From an uncultured Candidatus Saccharibacteria bacterium (lineage in GTDB: Bacteria > Patescibacteriota > Minisyncoccia > Phycocordibacterales > WO2-35-19): 64,000 nucleotides of DNA. The stretch covers positions 21,577 to 85,576 of the forward strand of contig CAZJPJ010000004.1 in the NCBI GenBank assembly GCA_964548205.1, written 5' to 3'. Below the pieces are notes generated by a model, which worked only from the letters and a program-made list of their open reading frames with translations, was not told the DNA's origin and did no database searches. A program made the position numbers and the translations under genes. This document shows, piece after piece, positions 19,415 through 28,314 of this stretch. The first letter of the stretch is position 1; each line of letters begins with the position of its first letter.

Positions 19415-20581
19415 TTAGCACAAACCACTGAGAATTTTTTTGAAATTTATGAGTATAGCTATCGATTCTTCTGGTGTTTTAGAATCCATAAGCATAGAAA
19501 GGTGTTTGTTTTTCTCTTCATAAACTCTTGTATCGCCAATAGACGAGACGGCATTGTTGAGATAAGACTTGAAATGCTTTTTCATCACAGCAAAGGACTT
19601 AAATAGAGAAAGATTTTTATCGAACATTTTGATATGCTCTATTAGAGCATCGATCCTCTCTAGTGCAGAAGCATTTGTGGTGACAAAGAGAAAAGGGTCG
19701 CCAAATATGGCTCTACCTAGCATCACCCCGTCGCAACCTGTCTCATCGGCCAGTTGGTAGGCATGAGGCACGTCTCTCACATCACCATTGCCGAAGATGA
19801 GAGTATGATCTCCCCCACCCGCTTCGCTACGCTCAGCACCCTCCCCTTGATCAGGGGAAGGCCTTGGGACAGAAATGCTCTTCGAAGAGACTTGCGACCT
19901 GCCCGCCTTGCTACGCAAGGCATTGCAGGCGGTGCGCGAAAAATACTCATCCCTTATCTCCACTGCTCTCTTTATCCTCTCCCACCTAGCAGGCACCTTG
20001 GACATTTCTTTGCGTGTGCGAGCATGCAAAGTGATAACTGCTGGTTGTGCTTCTAGTAAAGTCGGGAGCCAGCTTTCGAGCTCATCTTTGTTGTATCCAA
20101 GACGGGTCTTTACTGATACAGGTATCTCACTCTTGCCGTATTTTTTTGCACCATCTCTCACTCCCTTTTTTGCCGCTTCGATCAGCTCACGAGCAAGAGA
20201 AGGGTTCTTGATAAGTGCCGCTCCAGCTCCCTGCTTTTCTACACTTTTGTCCGGACAGCCCATATTGATATCTACTCCATCGAACCCGAGCTCTACTGCA
20301 AGCCTTGCCGTCTTCTCCATATGCTCCGGCTTGCTTGTGAAAAATTGAGCCACTATCGGCCTCTCGATCTCGTTATATTCCAGACCTTTCATCAGTCTTT
20401 TCTTTCCTTCCTCTGGAGCAAGAGCCAATCCATCGGCACTGACAAATTCAGTCCATGTCACATGAGGAATGTCTGAATTTTTTGATATGACATATCTAAA
20501 TGCACTGTCAGTAACATCAGCCATAGGAGCCAAACACAAAATCGGCTTTTTTAGATCCGCCCAGAACCCCAGATTTACCAT
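19415..20581 (-). CDS. tRNA-dihydrouridine synthase (Dus family) with a roughly 40-aa GC-rich in-frame insertion
   Basis: LAPMADVTDSAFR ... GFDGVDINMGCP ... GCDGVMLGRAIFGDPFLF. The insertion SRTACNALRSKAGRSQVSSKSISVPRPSPDQGEGAERSEAGGG is encoded by a GC-rich segment that carries the palindromic repeat. Confidence 0.85.
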   Translation of the reverse strand: MVNLGFWADLKKPILCLAPMADVTDSAFRYVISKNSDIPHVTWTEFVSADGLALAPEEGKKRLMKGLEYNEIERPIVAQFFTSKPEHMEKTARLAVELGFDGVDINMGCPDKSVEKQGAGAALIKNPSLARELIEAAKKGVRDGAKKYGKSEIPVSVKTRLGYNKDELESWLPTLLEAQPAVITLHARTRKEMSKVPARWERIKRAVEIRDEYFSRTACNALRSKAGRSQVSSKSISVPRPSPDQGEGAERSEAGGGDHTLIFGNGDVRDVPHAYQLADETGCDGVMLGRAIFGDPFLFVTTNASALERIDALIEHIKMFDKNLSLFKSFAVMKKHFKSYLNNAVSSIGDTRVYEEKNKHLSMLMDSKTPEESIAILINFKKILSGLC

Positions 20582-20935
20582 TGAGAAAATATAGCATAAA
20601 AAACAGCGCTGGAGATGACAAAATCAGGAAGAAAAGTCACCTCCACTAAGCGCTGCGCGGCTCACACTATGCCCGCAACCGAAGTTAGGATGCGAGCCAC
20701 TGTATGGAAAATAGTAAATCATAAACACGCCAAAATAGCAACAAATAACGCGGGCGGCCTCTCCCAACGAGAAGGCCGCCCATTTTGATGTTAGAGAGCG
20801 ACCCGCCTACTTTGGCGAGTGTGCGGGTCTTCTCCCTAGAGTGACTATATTATACAAAATTTCTTATAAAAACAAAATCCCCATCTGCACAATCGCAGTG
20901 GGGACAACAGAAGAAAGAACAAAAGATCGGGCTTA

Positions 20936-20969
20936 CCCGCACACCCAGAAGACGATCTGGGTGTGCGGG
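20936..20969 (-). terminator. strong intrinsic terminator (14 bp perfect stem) downstream of a minus-strand sORF
   Basis: cccgcacacccaga-agacga-tctgggtgtgcggg, followed on the minus strand by a T-rich run. Confidence 0.55.
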
Positions 20970-21028
20970 CTGCCCTTCGCGGAGAGCGGCCGGCTAGCTG
21001 GTAGCTAGCCTGCCGCGCCGGCGCCCGG

Positions 21029-21211
21029 TCAGCCGGGGCACCGGTCCGGAGCGCCGATGCGCACGCGGCGGGCGGCGGCCTGGTACGGGCCGAAAAGAAT
21101 GGGGTGGATCCGAGTGGTCGCGGCGCCCGCGGTCTTGCGGGTGCGGCCGGCGAAAGAAAAAACTGTTATCGATGTACCCATGGTTTTTGCCATGGGCGGC
21201 GAATTGGGCAT
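21029..21211 (-). CDS. candidate small GC-rich ORF (60 aa) with a strong Shine-Dalgarno site; function unknown, may not be coding
   Basis: AAAGGAGGG, then 6 nt, then ATG. Product MPNSPPMAKTMGTSITVFSFAGRTRKTAGAATTRIHPILFGPYQAAARRVRIGAPDRCPG. Ends before the 20936 hairpin. Confidence 0.25.
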   Translation of the reverse strand: MPNSPPMAKTMGTSITVFSFAGRTRKTAGAATTRIHPILFGPYQAAARRVRIGAPDRCPG

Positions 21212-21360
21212 CTTCTGCCCTCCTTTCTTTTTGCGCCAGTACCTAAAACTGGCAATCATTTTTCAACTACCAACGAACGAAATTACCGTTATATCATAGC
21301 ACAACCATAGAAAGTGTCAAGGGTTTTACATGCTTTCCTGCATTTTGTCTAGCCCTTGTA

Positions 21361-21392
21361 CCAAAAAACGGCTTTACGAAGCCGTTTTTTGG
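21361..21392. terminator. bidirectional terminator-like hairpin (A-run, 12 bp stem, T-run)
   Basis: ccaaaaaacggc-tttacgaa-gccgttttttgg. Confidence 0.45.
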
Positions 21393-21539
21393 TAGTGCAA
21401 AAATATTTTGTAAAATTTTATATCAAAACAGAGGCAGTTTTGGTATGTATTTAGGCACAGTTTTTTATATAAAAAAGAAATCCGGGCGCCCTGGGTAGAG
21501 GGGCCCGGAATCGGGTTGTTCGGCGGTGCCTGGAGACTC

Positions 21540-21641
21540 CTAGGCGCCGTCGAAAGTGTTCGAGTCCACCGCGGCCTTCATGCCGACGATCTTCATGCCG
21601 GGAATCATCACTTCGTTGACTTCGCAATGATCGGTTCGCAT
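21540..21641 (-). CDS. candidate small ORF (33 aa) followed by a terminator hairpin; function unknown
   Basis: AGGAGA, then 12 nt, then ATG. Product MRTDHCEVNEVMIPGMKIVGMKAAVDSNTFDGA. The hairpin at 21481..21509 plus a T-run sits immediately downstream. Confidence 0.2.
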   Translation of the reverse strand: MRTDHCEVNEVMIPGMKIVGMKAAVDSNTFDGA

Positions 21642-22024
21642 GATTTGTTGGTTTCTCCTGTTGTTGAGGTGACACCCAGCCCCCGAGGGCTGGGTGAGAA
21701 CGGTGGTGCTGTTCTTTTTTTAGAATAGCAAATATAAAAAATCCTGCAAGTATTAAAACAAAAAGTGTGGATAAGTAAGAAAATAAAAAAGTATAAAAAG
21801 TTTTAGGCCCGTGCGCTCCCTCTTAGTGGATTACGCACGGGCCTCTGTTTGGACGCGCCAGGGTAAAGATCTTGCGCAGGTGGCGAACCATCTCTGGTTC
21901 TTTCTGGGGAAGGTGCTTCGAGGGCTTACTTCCTAAATTTATACCACCTGCTTTTATTTAATAAAATAATAAAAATAATATAGAAAAAGAAAATTTTGTC
22001 AACTACAAAAGTGTATAAAATTTA

Positions 22025-22064
22025 CCCCTCCCCTGATCAAGGGGAGGGGGTTGGGGGTGGGGTT
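22025..22064. repeat. GC-rich palindromic repeat element, copy A (CCCCTCCCCTGATCAAGGGGAGGGG plus a G-tract), lying just 3' of the ClpC-like gene and probably acting as its terminator
   Basis: Perfect 9 bp arms around TGATCAA. A near-identical copy lies at 29741..29784. Confidence 0.7.
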
Positions 22065-22065
22065 C

Positions 22066-24486
22066 CTAAAGTTCTTCGACCTTCACCTCAATTTTCCCTC
22101 CACTTTTCACTTCCCCACTGATTATCTTCTTTGCCACAGCGTCCTCGACGATAGTTTTGACGGCTCTATTTATAGAGCGAGCTCCAAACTTCGGATCGGC
22201 CCCCTTTTCTACAAGATAGCGAACAAGTTCATCTGTTATGACTAATTCTATCTCTTTACTTACGAGTTGCTCTTTCAGTTTTTCTAGCTCGAGCCTAGCG
22301 ATAGTAGCGAGGTTCTCGTTACCAAGTGGCTCGAACACAACCAGTCCATCGAAGCGGTTTAGAAGCTCTGGTTTAAATATTTTTTGTTCCACAATTTTAT
22401 TTATTATTTCATCTTTTTCTTCTGCCAAATTTTTACCCTCACTCTCCGCTTTCCATATAAGGTCACTGCCTGCGTTTGAAGTAGCTATGATGATGAGGTT
22501 ACGACAATTTACCTTATTACCAGAAGCATCGCTAAAAAATCCTTCATCCAGTATTTGTAAGAATAGATCATGGACTTCCCTAGAAGCCTTTTCAAATTCA
22601 TCAAGGAGCAATACTCCATACGGGTTATCTTTGACTTTGCTCGAGAGTATCCCAGGTTTACCATCAGAAAAGTTCCCTATAAGACGAGAGAGTGCATCAA
22701 AACCACTATATTCGGACATGTCTATTCTTACCATCTTGTCTTCGCTCCCAAAATACACTAGAGCCAAAGTCTTTGCAGTCTCTGTCTTACCTACACCGGT
22801 TGGGCCAAAGAAAAGGAAGGAGCCTATCGGTCTATTTGGATTGCCGAGTCCTGACCTTGCTCTCCGTACCGCGCTCGACACTGTATCTACGGCAAATTTC
22901 TGACCGACTACCCTCTCCCCAAGCAAAGATTCTAGTCTATTTATCTTCTCCATCTCTTCTTCTCCGACTTTACCGATCTTTATACCAGTCTTTTCTGACA
23001 CATAAGCCACCACATCTTCTTCTTTCAAAATCTGGCCTTTCACAAGCTTTGTACTCAATACCTCATCGAGAAGATCTAGAGCTTTTTCTGGCATCTCACC
23101 GGTAGTGATATGACGCACAGCAGAGAGCACTATCTGCTTTATCGCTCCGAAGCTAACCAATATCTTCTTACCATCCTCTATTGATCTTACTTTTTCTATT
23201 ATTACAGGCAGCGAAGAATCTTCATGCACTTCAACCGGAAGGACTCTTTCAAATTTTTCTGAAAGTTCTGCACTTGTCTCCAAAAAGAAATGGAAATCAG
23301 CCGATGTAGAATGAGCAACAATGTTCAGTGAAGACGAATTGAGATACGGAGAAAGTAGTGACGCTACATTTACACCGCTCTGTTTGGCGCTGACCAAAAA
23401 AGATGGTAAGTCTCTGATATATAGGATTATATTACCTGCATTTGATGCTTGAGTTAGGAGTTTCAATATTTCAGATTCTATGTCAGCTTTATTCTTAAAG
23501 GTTGCTAAAAGCGCAGACCAATCCAACTCTATGATTTCCTTATGTTCGATATTAGGCAACGCAATCCCAAGCCTTATCTTGCGCAAAAGCCTAGCTACAA
23601 TATCTCTAGAGACATCCTCGCTATTGCTTACTATTACTGCATTGGCCTCCTCACTCCTTTCTAAAATACCTTCGAGGATAGAGACTTCGTGTTCTCTGTA
23701 CCCATTTTCAAGATTGATAAGTGACAAATCTATAGTATTTCCAAAACTTCTGCCATATTTACCAAGCTCAAATGAAATACCGTAGCTCCAAGATTTACCG
23801 ATAGAGGGGATACTACCGAGCTTCTCCCTACCCCAAAACCTTTCTTCCCGTCTCTCTCGTTCTATCGATTCCGCTTCCATCAGAGCTGCTCCAAGAAATT
23901 CTTTTTTTCCTACATTGTGAGTATTCAAAAACTGAGCAAAGACTTTATCCAATTCATATACCGCACTAAGATAGCTGACAAGATCTGATTGTTCGTTTTC
24001 TGTATTGACTGAACCAGAAATGATAGGGGTACGCGCTCCGTCGACAAAACCTTGCCATTCATCCTTTTCGACACCACTTCTTTCAAGCACTCTTTTGCCA
24101 GTCTTACTTTCAAATATGCCCCTCGTTATATCTATCTCACTTGTGTGGTAAAGGATCTCAGATAGTGCAAAGTCGATCCGTCTATTTTCTTTGAGGTTGC
24201 GTTCTACCACTCTCGAATATATCCCTTCACCTTTCATAGAATGGTAGAAAAATTCTATAGAAGCGAAAATCAGATAGAAAAATACAAACAAGAAAAACAA
24301 TGCGTCAGCAAAACTAAAATCTAGGGGCAATACATCTATAGATGCAAACGACAATATGAAGGAGAAAAGTGCCAAAGTAGCCGAGAGCTTCCTAAAAACA
24401 GCCCGCAAAAAACGTGGCAAAAACCTGTCTATAGTTAGGACCAAGGCATGAGGTCTGCTTATTTCCTTTATTTTACTGAAAGTCAT
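22066..24486 (-). CDS. Clp/Hsp100-family AAA+ ATPase, ClpC-like, with an N-terminal transmembrane region and a degenerate first AAA domain
   Basis: D2 is intact: FFGPTGVGKTETAKTLA (Walker A), VLLLDEFEKA (Walker B), IIIATSN, LLNRFD. In D1, Walker A and B are replaced (SNSEDVSR and ILYIRD). The N-terminal 90 aa are hydrophobic. Confidence 0.75.
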   Translation of the reverse strand: MTFSKIKEISRPHALVLTIDRFLPRFLRAVFRKLSATLALFSFILSFASIDVLPLDFSFADALFFLFVFFYLIFASIEFFYHSMKGEGIYSRVVERNLKENRRIDFALSEILYHTSEIDITRGIFESKTGKRVLERSGVEKDEWQGFVDGARTPIISGSVNTENEQSDLVSYLSAVYELDKVFAQFLNTHNVGKKEFLGAALMEAESIERERREERFWGREKLGSIPSIGKSWSYGISFELGKYGRSFGNTIDLSLINLENGYREHEVSILEGILERSEEANAVIVSNSEDVSRDIVARLLRKIRLGIALPNIEHKEIIELDWSALLATFKNKADIESEILKLLTQASNAGNIILYIRDLPSFLVSAKQSGVNVASLLSPYLNSSSLNIVAHSTSADFHFFLETSAELSEKFERVLPVEVHEDSSLPVIIEKVRSIEDGKKILVSFGAIKQIVLSAVRHITTGEMPEKALDLLDEVLSTKLVKGQILKEEDVVAYVSEKTGIKIGKVGEEEMEKINRLESLLGERVVGQKFAVDTVSSAVRRARSGLGNPNRPIGSFLFFGPTGVGKTETAKTLALVYFGSEDKMVRIDMSEYSGFDALSRLIGNFSDGKPGILSSKVKDNPYGVLLLDEFEKASREVHDLFLQILDEGFFSDASGNKVNCRNLIIIATSNAGSDLIWKAESEGKNLAEEKDEIINKIVEQKIFKPELLNRFDGLVVFEPLGNENLATIARLELEKLKEQLVSKEIELVITDELVRYLVEKGADPKFGARSINRAVKTIVEDAVAKKIISGEVKSGGKIEVKVEEL

Positions 24487-24487
24487 C

Positions 24488-24883
24488 TTATATTAGAAAA
24501 AAGGTAAAAGATAAAATGGCACATCCAAGGAGCACTGCGGGCAGCAACAACCAAAGCATCATAACAAGTAGAAAAAGTAGTGAAATAACACCGTAAGACA
24601 AAACACCCACCAAGAGCACTACTACTCTGCTGACGAAACCGACTACTCTCATCAAAGAGTTGACTATGAAAGTTTCTACCAAATTCTCAAGATTGAAACC
24701 AGCAACGTAGGACTCGCCCATCCTCCTCCACAGGGCAAACAGTGTGTGAGTAAGCAAATTAAATGAAAAAAAATTCTTTATAAACCACAACACATTACCA
24801 AAAACACCGACAAGCTCTCCAAAACCCTGTAGATAGTGCCAATGCACATACGAGAAAAAAATATTCCTCTCAGCGTTTATCAT
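24488..24883 (-). CDS. hypothetical polytopic membrane protein, adjacent to and probably co-transcribed with the ClpC-like gene
   Basis: 131 aa, 3-4 TMs; a 1-nt gap separates it from the upstream gene. Confidence 0.4.
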   Translation of the reverse strand: MINAERNIFFSYVHWHYLQGFGELVGVFGNVLWFIKNFFSFNLLTHTLFALWRRMGESYVAGFNLENLVETFIVNSLMRVVGFVSRVVVLLVGVLSYGVISLLFLLVMMLWLLLPAVLLGCAILSFTFFLI

Positions 24884-24898
24884 TTTTATATTATAACA

Positions 24899-25702
24899 TT
24901 AGTTTTCTAGCTTGAAGAAAAGCTTGTTGCCAAAACGCGCATCGATATATTGAAATAGAGCATCTGCTTTTTTACTTTTCTGATCATCGTACAATAGAAA
25001 TATATTCTCCAATATCTCTTCCATTTTTTCTTCGTGCGGGTTTAGCAATATCTCACCTATAGAAGTAGTCATGGTAAATTTTTCACTAGACTCTGACCGA
25101 ATAGAACTGACGCTCAAACCTTTCTTCTCAAAAGCTTCTAAAGCCTTAAACATATTTTCCCTTACGCTCTGCTCTGCGATTTTTGCCCCCAAAAGCCCTC
25201 CTTCCACTTCTGTATAAAAAACAGTCATATTTTCTCTATCCTGACTCTCTAAGTTAGCCTGCTCTCTGTATTCAAATATAGTCCCCGACATATCTACCTC
25301 AAAACATTCTTCTTCGTTGCACCATAAAAATTTTGGGCTCTTTTCTTCTATCTTTACGCTCAGTTTGTATAGACCTGCTCTGCTTATATCTATCTTCTGT
25401 ATAGCCGTAAATTCTCCACGCATCTTATTCTCGAGAACATTGGTGCTGAGAAAAATGATATTTGCATTCGGAATGATCCTGTATTTATAACCACTAGTTA
25501 GTTCCAGTAACGCATTTTTTATGTCTCCCTCACTCAATGCAACTATACCTTCTACCTCCACTTCTCTGACTCTCAATGTATCAGAATAAGTAATAAAAAT
25601 TAGACATAACAACAAAATGGAGGCAACCAAAGCAAAAAAAACTAGCTTTTTTATTTTTTTGACCTTGGTCCTTTTTGAAATCTTGTATGAATACCCTTTC
25701 AT
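24899..25702 (-). CDS. ftsQ: cell division protein FtsQ/DivIB-like (POTRA domain)
   Basis: N-terminal TM followed by LRVREVEVEGIVALSEGDIKNALLELTSGYKYRII..., which is POTRA-like. Confidence 0.55.
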   Translation of the reverse strand: MKGYSYKISKRTKVKKIKKLVFFALVASILLLCLIFITYSDTLRVREVEVEGIVALSEGDIKNALLELTSGYKYRIIPNANIIFLSTNVLENKMRGEFTAIQKIDISRAGLYKLSVKIEEKSPKFLWCNEEECFEVDMSGTIFEYREQANLESQDRENMTVFYTEVEGGLLGAKIAEQSVRENMFKALEAFEKKGLSVSSIRSESSEKFTMTTSIGEILLNPHEEKMEEILENIFLLYDDQKSKKADALFQYIDARFGNKLFFKLEN

Positions 25703-26988
25703 TATTTGGATATCCGATCTTTACCACCCATATATGGTCGCAAAACTTCTGGTACGGTGATGCTGCCATCTTCGTTTTGATAGTTTTCGATAATAGCGAC
25801 AAGAGGCCTACCAGACAAAGCCGTATTATTGAGAGAGTGAGCAAACTTTAGCTTACCAGCTTGTCCTGAGCCAGCCGAAGGATCAGTGTCTTTATACCTA
25901 ATGTTTAGTCTACGAGTCTGGAAATCATGGAAGTATGAGGAGGAATGAGTTTCTCTATACTTACCTTCGCTTGGCATCCACACTTCTGTGTCATATTTTT
26001 TGACCTGACCTAACCCTAGGTCGCCAGTACAATTGACCACTATCCTATATGGCAACTTCAGAGCTTGCATGAGCTCTTCTGTATTTTGAGTTATCTCCTC
26101 ATGCAATTTTACCGACTCTTCATGACTTGCTTCGCAGAGTACCACTTGTTCGAACTTATAGAACTCATGTACTCGTATCAGGCCTTTTGTATCTTTGCCA
26201 TGTGCCCCAGCTTCCCTACGAAAACAAGGAGAGAAGGCGATAATTTTTTTGGGCAGATCTTTTTTGTCCAAAACTTCGTCCATGTAGTAGCCCATAGTAG
26301 CCACTTCGCCAGTACCAGAAAGATAGTCGCCGTCTTGAGTTTTATAAAGATCTTCTTCACCCTGAGGAATATAGCCGGTACCTAAGAAAACCTCTCTTTT
26401 GACCAGAGAAGGTACTATCATAGGGACAAAATTTTTCTTACGAAAGAAATCGTTGGTAAACTGCCAAAGAGCAAATTGCAACTGTGCCGCCGCATTTTTC
26501 AAGAAATAACCTCTGAAGCCTGCCACCTTGCTACCACGCTCGAAATCGACAAGATCTAGTGCAAGCATCAGATCGGTATGGCTCTTGGGTGCAAAAGTGA
26601 ACTTTGTTGGTTCACCTATCTTCTTCACTTCTACATTCTCACTATCATCCTTGCCTTCTGGTACAGACATATCGGGGACATTTGGTACAGCTATCATGAG
26701 CTTTTGCCACTCTACCATCACCTCTCTCATTTCTTCTTCCAGCTTTTGTATTTCTTCTTTTAGAGGCTGCATCTCACTTATGAGCCGAGCTTTCTCTTCC
26801 GGAGTAGAGTTGGGTATAGCTTCGCTTGCTTTGTTTTGTTTGGCCCTCTTTTCTTCAAGACTTTGACCTACGGTTTTCCTTTTGTCATCCAAGGCAATCA
26901 GAGCATCGAGATCTAGCTCAACAAATTTCTTGCGAGCCGCTTCTTTGATCACATCACTATTTTCTCTTATGAATTTGATATCAAGCAT
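25702..26988 (-). CDS. serS: seryl-tRNA synthetase
   Basis: N-terminus MLDIKFIRENSDVIKEAARKK plus the class II core motifs. Confidence 0.9.
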   Translation of the reverse strand: MLDIKFIRENSDVIKEAARKKFVELDLDALIALDDKRKTVGQSLEEKRAKQNKASEAIPNSTPEEKARLISEMQPLKEEIQKLEEEMREVMVEWQKLMIAVPNVPDMSVPEGKDDSENVEVKKIGEPTKFTFAPKSHTDLMLALDLVDFERGSKVAGFRGYFLKNAAAQLQFALWQFTNDFFRKKNFVPMIVPSLVKREVFLGTGYIPQGEEDLYKTQDGDYLSGTGEVATMGYYMDEVLDKKDLPKKIIAFSPCFRREAGAHGKDTKGLIRVHEFYKFEQVVLCEASHEESVKLHEEITQNTEELMQALKLPYRIVVNCTGDLGLGQVKKYDTEVWMPSEGKYRETHSSSYFHDFQTRRLNIRYKDTDPSAGSGQAGKLKFAHSLNNTALSGRPLVAIIENYQNEDGSITVPEVLRPYMGGKDRISK

Positions 26989-27093
26989 AGGATTGAATTA
27001 TGAAGCTTGAATCATGAATCATGCATAATTCTTAATTCATACTTCGTGATTCATATGATAGCAGATGATACAATATATTAAAACTCAAGCCAA

Positions 27094-28050
27094 ATGACAT
27101 ACACAATCCAAAAAATGTTGCCCACGGATTGGCCCCCTCTGCTTCAAGCAATCAACGACCCGCCTAAAAAACTTTTTTATGCAGGCAGAATACCTGATTA
27201 TGAGAGAAAATTTTTGTGCGTTGTGGGTAGTAGAAAATATACAAACTACGGTAAAGAAGCTGTCACTTCGATCATCTCCGACTTGCAGGGGTATCCAGTG
27301 ACAATAGTTTCTGGTCTTGCTTATGGTATCGACGCTCTAGCACACCGTAGCGCTATGAAGTTTGGCTTGCCCACGATCGCCGTACCGGGGTCGGGACTTT
27401 CAAGAGAAGTCTTACACCCTAGTGCTCATGCCGGCTTAGCAGAAGAGATAGTGGCAAGCGGTGGGACTCTACTTTCAGAATACGATAGCGATTTCAAAGC
27501 TACCCAATGGAGCTTCCCTCTGCGCAATCGGATCATGGCCGGCATGTCTGTCGCCACCCTCATTATAGAAGCAGAAGAAAAGAGCGGCACCATGATTACA
27601 GCCAAATTGACTACCGAATACAACCGCGATTTGCTCGCCATACCCGGCAGCATTTTCTCACCATCTTCAGACGGACCAAATATGTTTATACGTCTTGGGG
27701 CTACTCTAGTAAGAAATGGGGGTGATGTATTAGAAGCTTTGGGGATAGGAAGGATGAAGTTCAAAGTAGAAAGCGAAAAGTCAGAAAATAAAAATGGATC
27801 ACAAATTTCAGAAAGAAAAGAAGTTGGAGAAGAACACTTGGATAAATATTTGAAAGAAAAGTATCAGGACTGCGGAGAAAACGAGCTAGTACTAATAAAA
27901 ATATTGATAAAAGAAAACAAGCCCCGCGACGAACTCGTTCGTCGCGGGGCCGACTCCGGCCTCTCCATCTCCGACATCCAAACTTCTCTCACCCTCCTCG
28001 AACTCAAAGGCCATATCGAAGAAAAACTCGGAGAAGTAAGGCTTATATAG
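27094..28050 (+). CDS. dprA: DNA processing protein DprA (Smf)
   Basis: VVGSRKYTNYGKEA...VSGLAYGIDALAHRSA...FPLRNRIMAGMS...EAEEKSGTMITA. The C-terminal wHTH-like tail contains an in-frame 30-nt perfect palindrome. Confidence 0.85.
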   Translation: MTYTIQKMLPTDWPPLLQAINDPPKKLFYAGRIPDYERKFLCVVGSRKYTNYGKEAVTSIISDLQGYPVTIVSGLAYGIDALAHRSAMKFGLPTIAVPGSGLSREVLHPSAHAGLAEEIVASGGTLLSEYDSDFKATQWSFPLRNRIMAGMSVATLIIEAEEKSGTMITAKLTTEYNRDLLAIPGSIFSPSSDGPNMFIRLGATLVRNGGDVLEALGIGRMKFKVESEKSENKNGSQISERKEVGEEHLDKYLKEKYQDCGENELVLIKILIKENKPRDELVRRGADSGLSISDIQTSLTLLELKGHIEEKLGEVRLI

Positions 28051-28108
28051 CCCAAAATACCCCCCACCCATTTACTTTTTGAAAATAAGTGCTAGTGTTG
28101 CAGGCAGC

Positions 28109-28225
28109 ATGGGAATCATTCTCTTTATTGTCATAGCGCTATCAATAGCGCTGTGGAATTTTAAAAGGGCGGTAAAAAGGGGGATACTAGACCCCTTCAA
28201 TCCGCCGAATCCAAATGAGGACTAG
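28109..28225 (+). CDS. candidate 38-aa single-TM peptide; weak
   Basis: MGIILFIVIALSIALWNFKRAVKRGILDPFNPPNPNED. No clear Shine-Dalgarno site. Followed by the terminator at 28238. Confidence 0.15.
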   Translation: MGIILFIVIALSIALWNFKRAVKRGILDPFNPPNPNED

Positions 28226-28237
28226 AAAAACCCCGAT

Positions 28238-28272
28238 CCCCGACCGTCACAAGTCGGGGGTTGCTTTTTTAT
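28238..28272 (+). terminator. intrinsic terminator
   Basis: ccccgac-cgtcacaa-gtcgggg followed by ttgctttttta. Confidence 0.55.
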
Positions 28273-28280
28273 ACAGAGTG

Positions 28281-28289
28281 TGATATAAT
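28281..28289 (+). promoter_or_regulatory. extended -10 promoter element (TGaTATAAT)
   Basis: tgatataat lies 26 nt upstream of the ATG at 28315. Confidence 0.4.
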
Positions 28290-28314
28290 CAAAAATGGAA
28301 AGGAAACCTCAATC

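Noticed and set aside
21451-21675. 74-aa Arg-rich minus-strand ORF (GTG start) in the GC island
   Set aside because: It is low-complexity, reads straight through a terminator hairpin, and has no Shine-Dalgarno site. A different-frame 33-aa ORF with a Shine-Dalgarno site fits better, and even that is low-confidence.
20582-22065. tmRNA, SRP RNA, 5S rRNA or RNase P in the GC-rich intergenic island
   Set aside because: I looked for the tmRNA 5' GGGG..UUCGAC and 3' T-arm plus CCA-end pattern, the SRP domain IV GGAAGGAAGCAGC, the 5S CCGAACUCAGAAGUGAAAC and the RNase P GGAAAGUCCG on both strands and found none. The RNase P gene is at 54.4-54.8 kb instead.
22238-23785. Several plus-strand track ORFs (221, 137 and 101 aa) inside the ClpC-like gene; similar ORFs lie inside clpB (47020..48762), infB (51307..52599), mreB (4616..5370), topA and others
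   Set aside because: They sit antisense to, or out of frame with, well-supported long genes. Their Ser/Leu/Pro-rich low-complexity translations are typical of antisense frames.
25581-25844. 87-aa minus-strand track ORF straddling the ftsQ-serS junction
   Set aside because: It overlaps both flanking genes out of frame. The serS stop and ftsQ start are contiguous at 25702, leaving no room for an extra gene.
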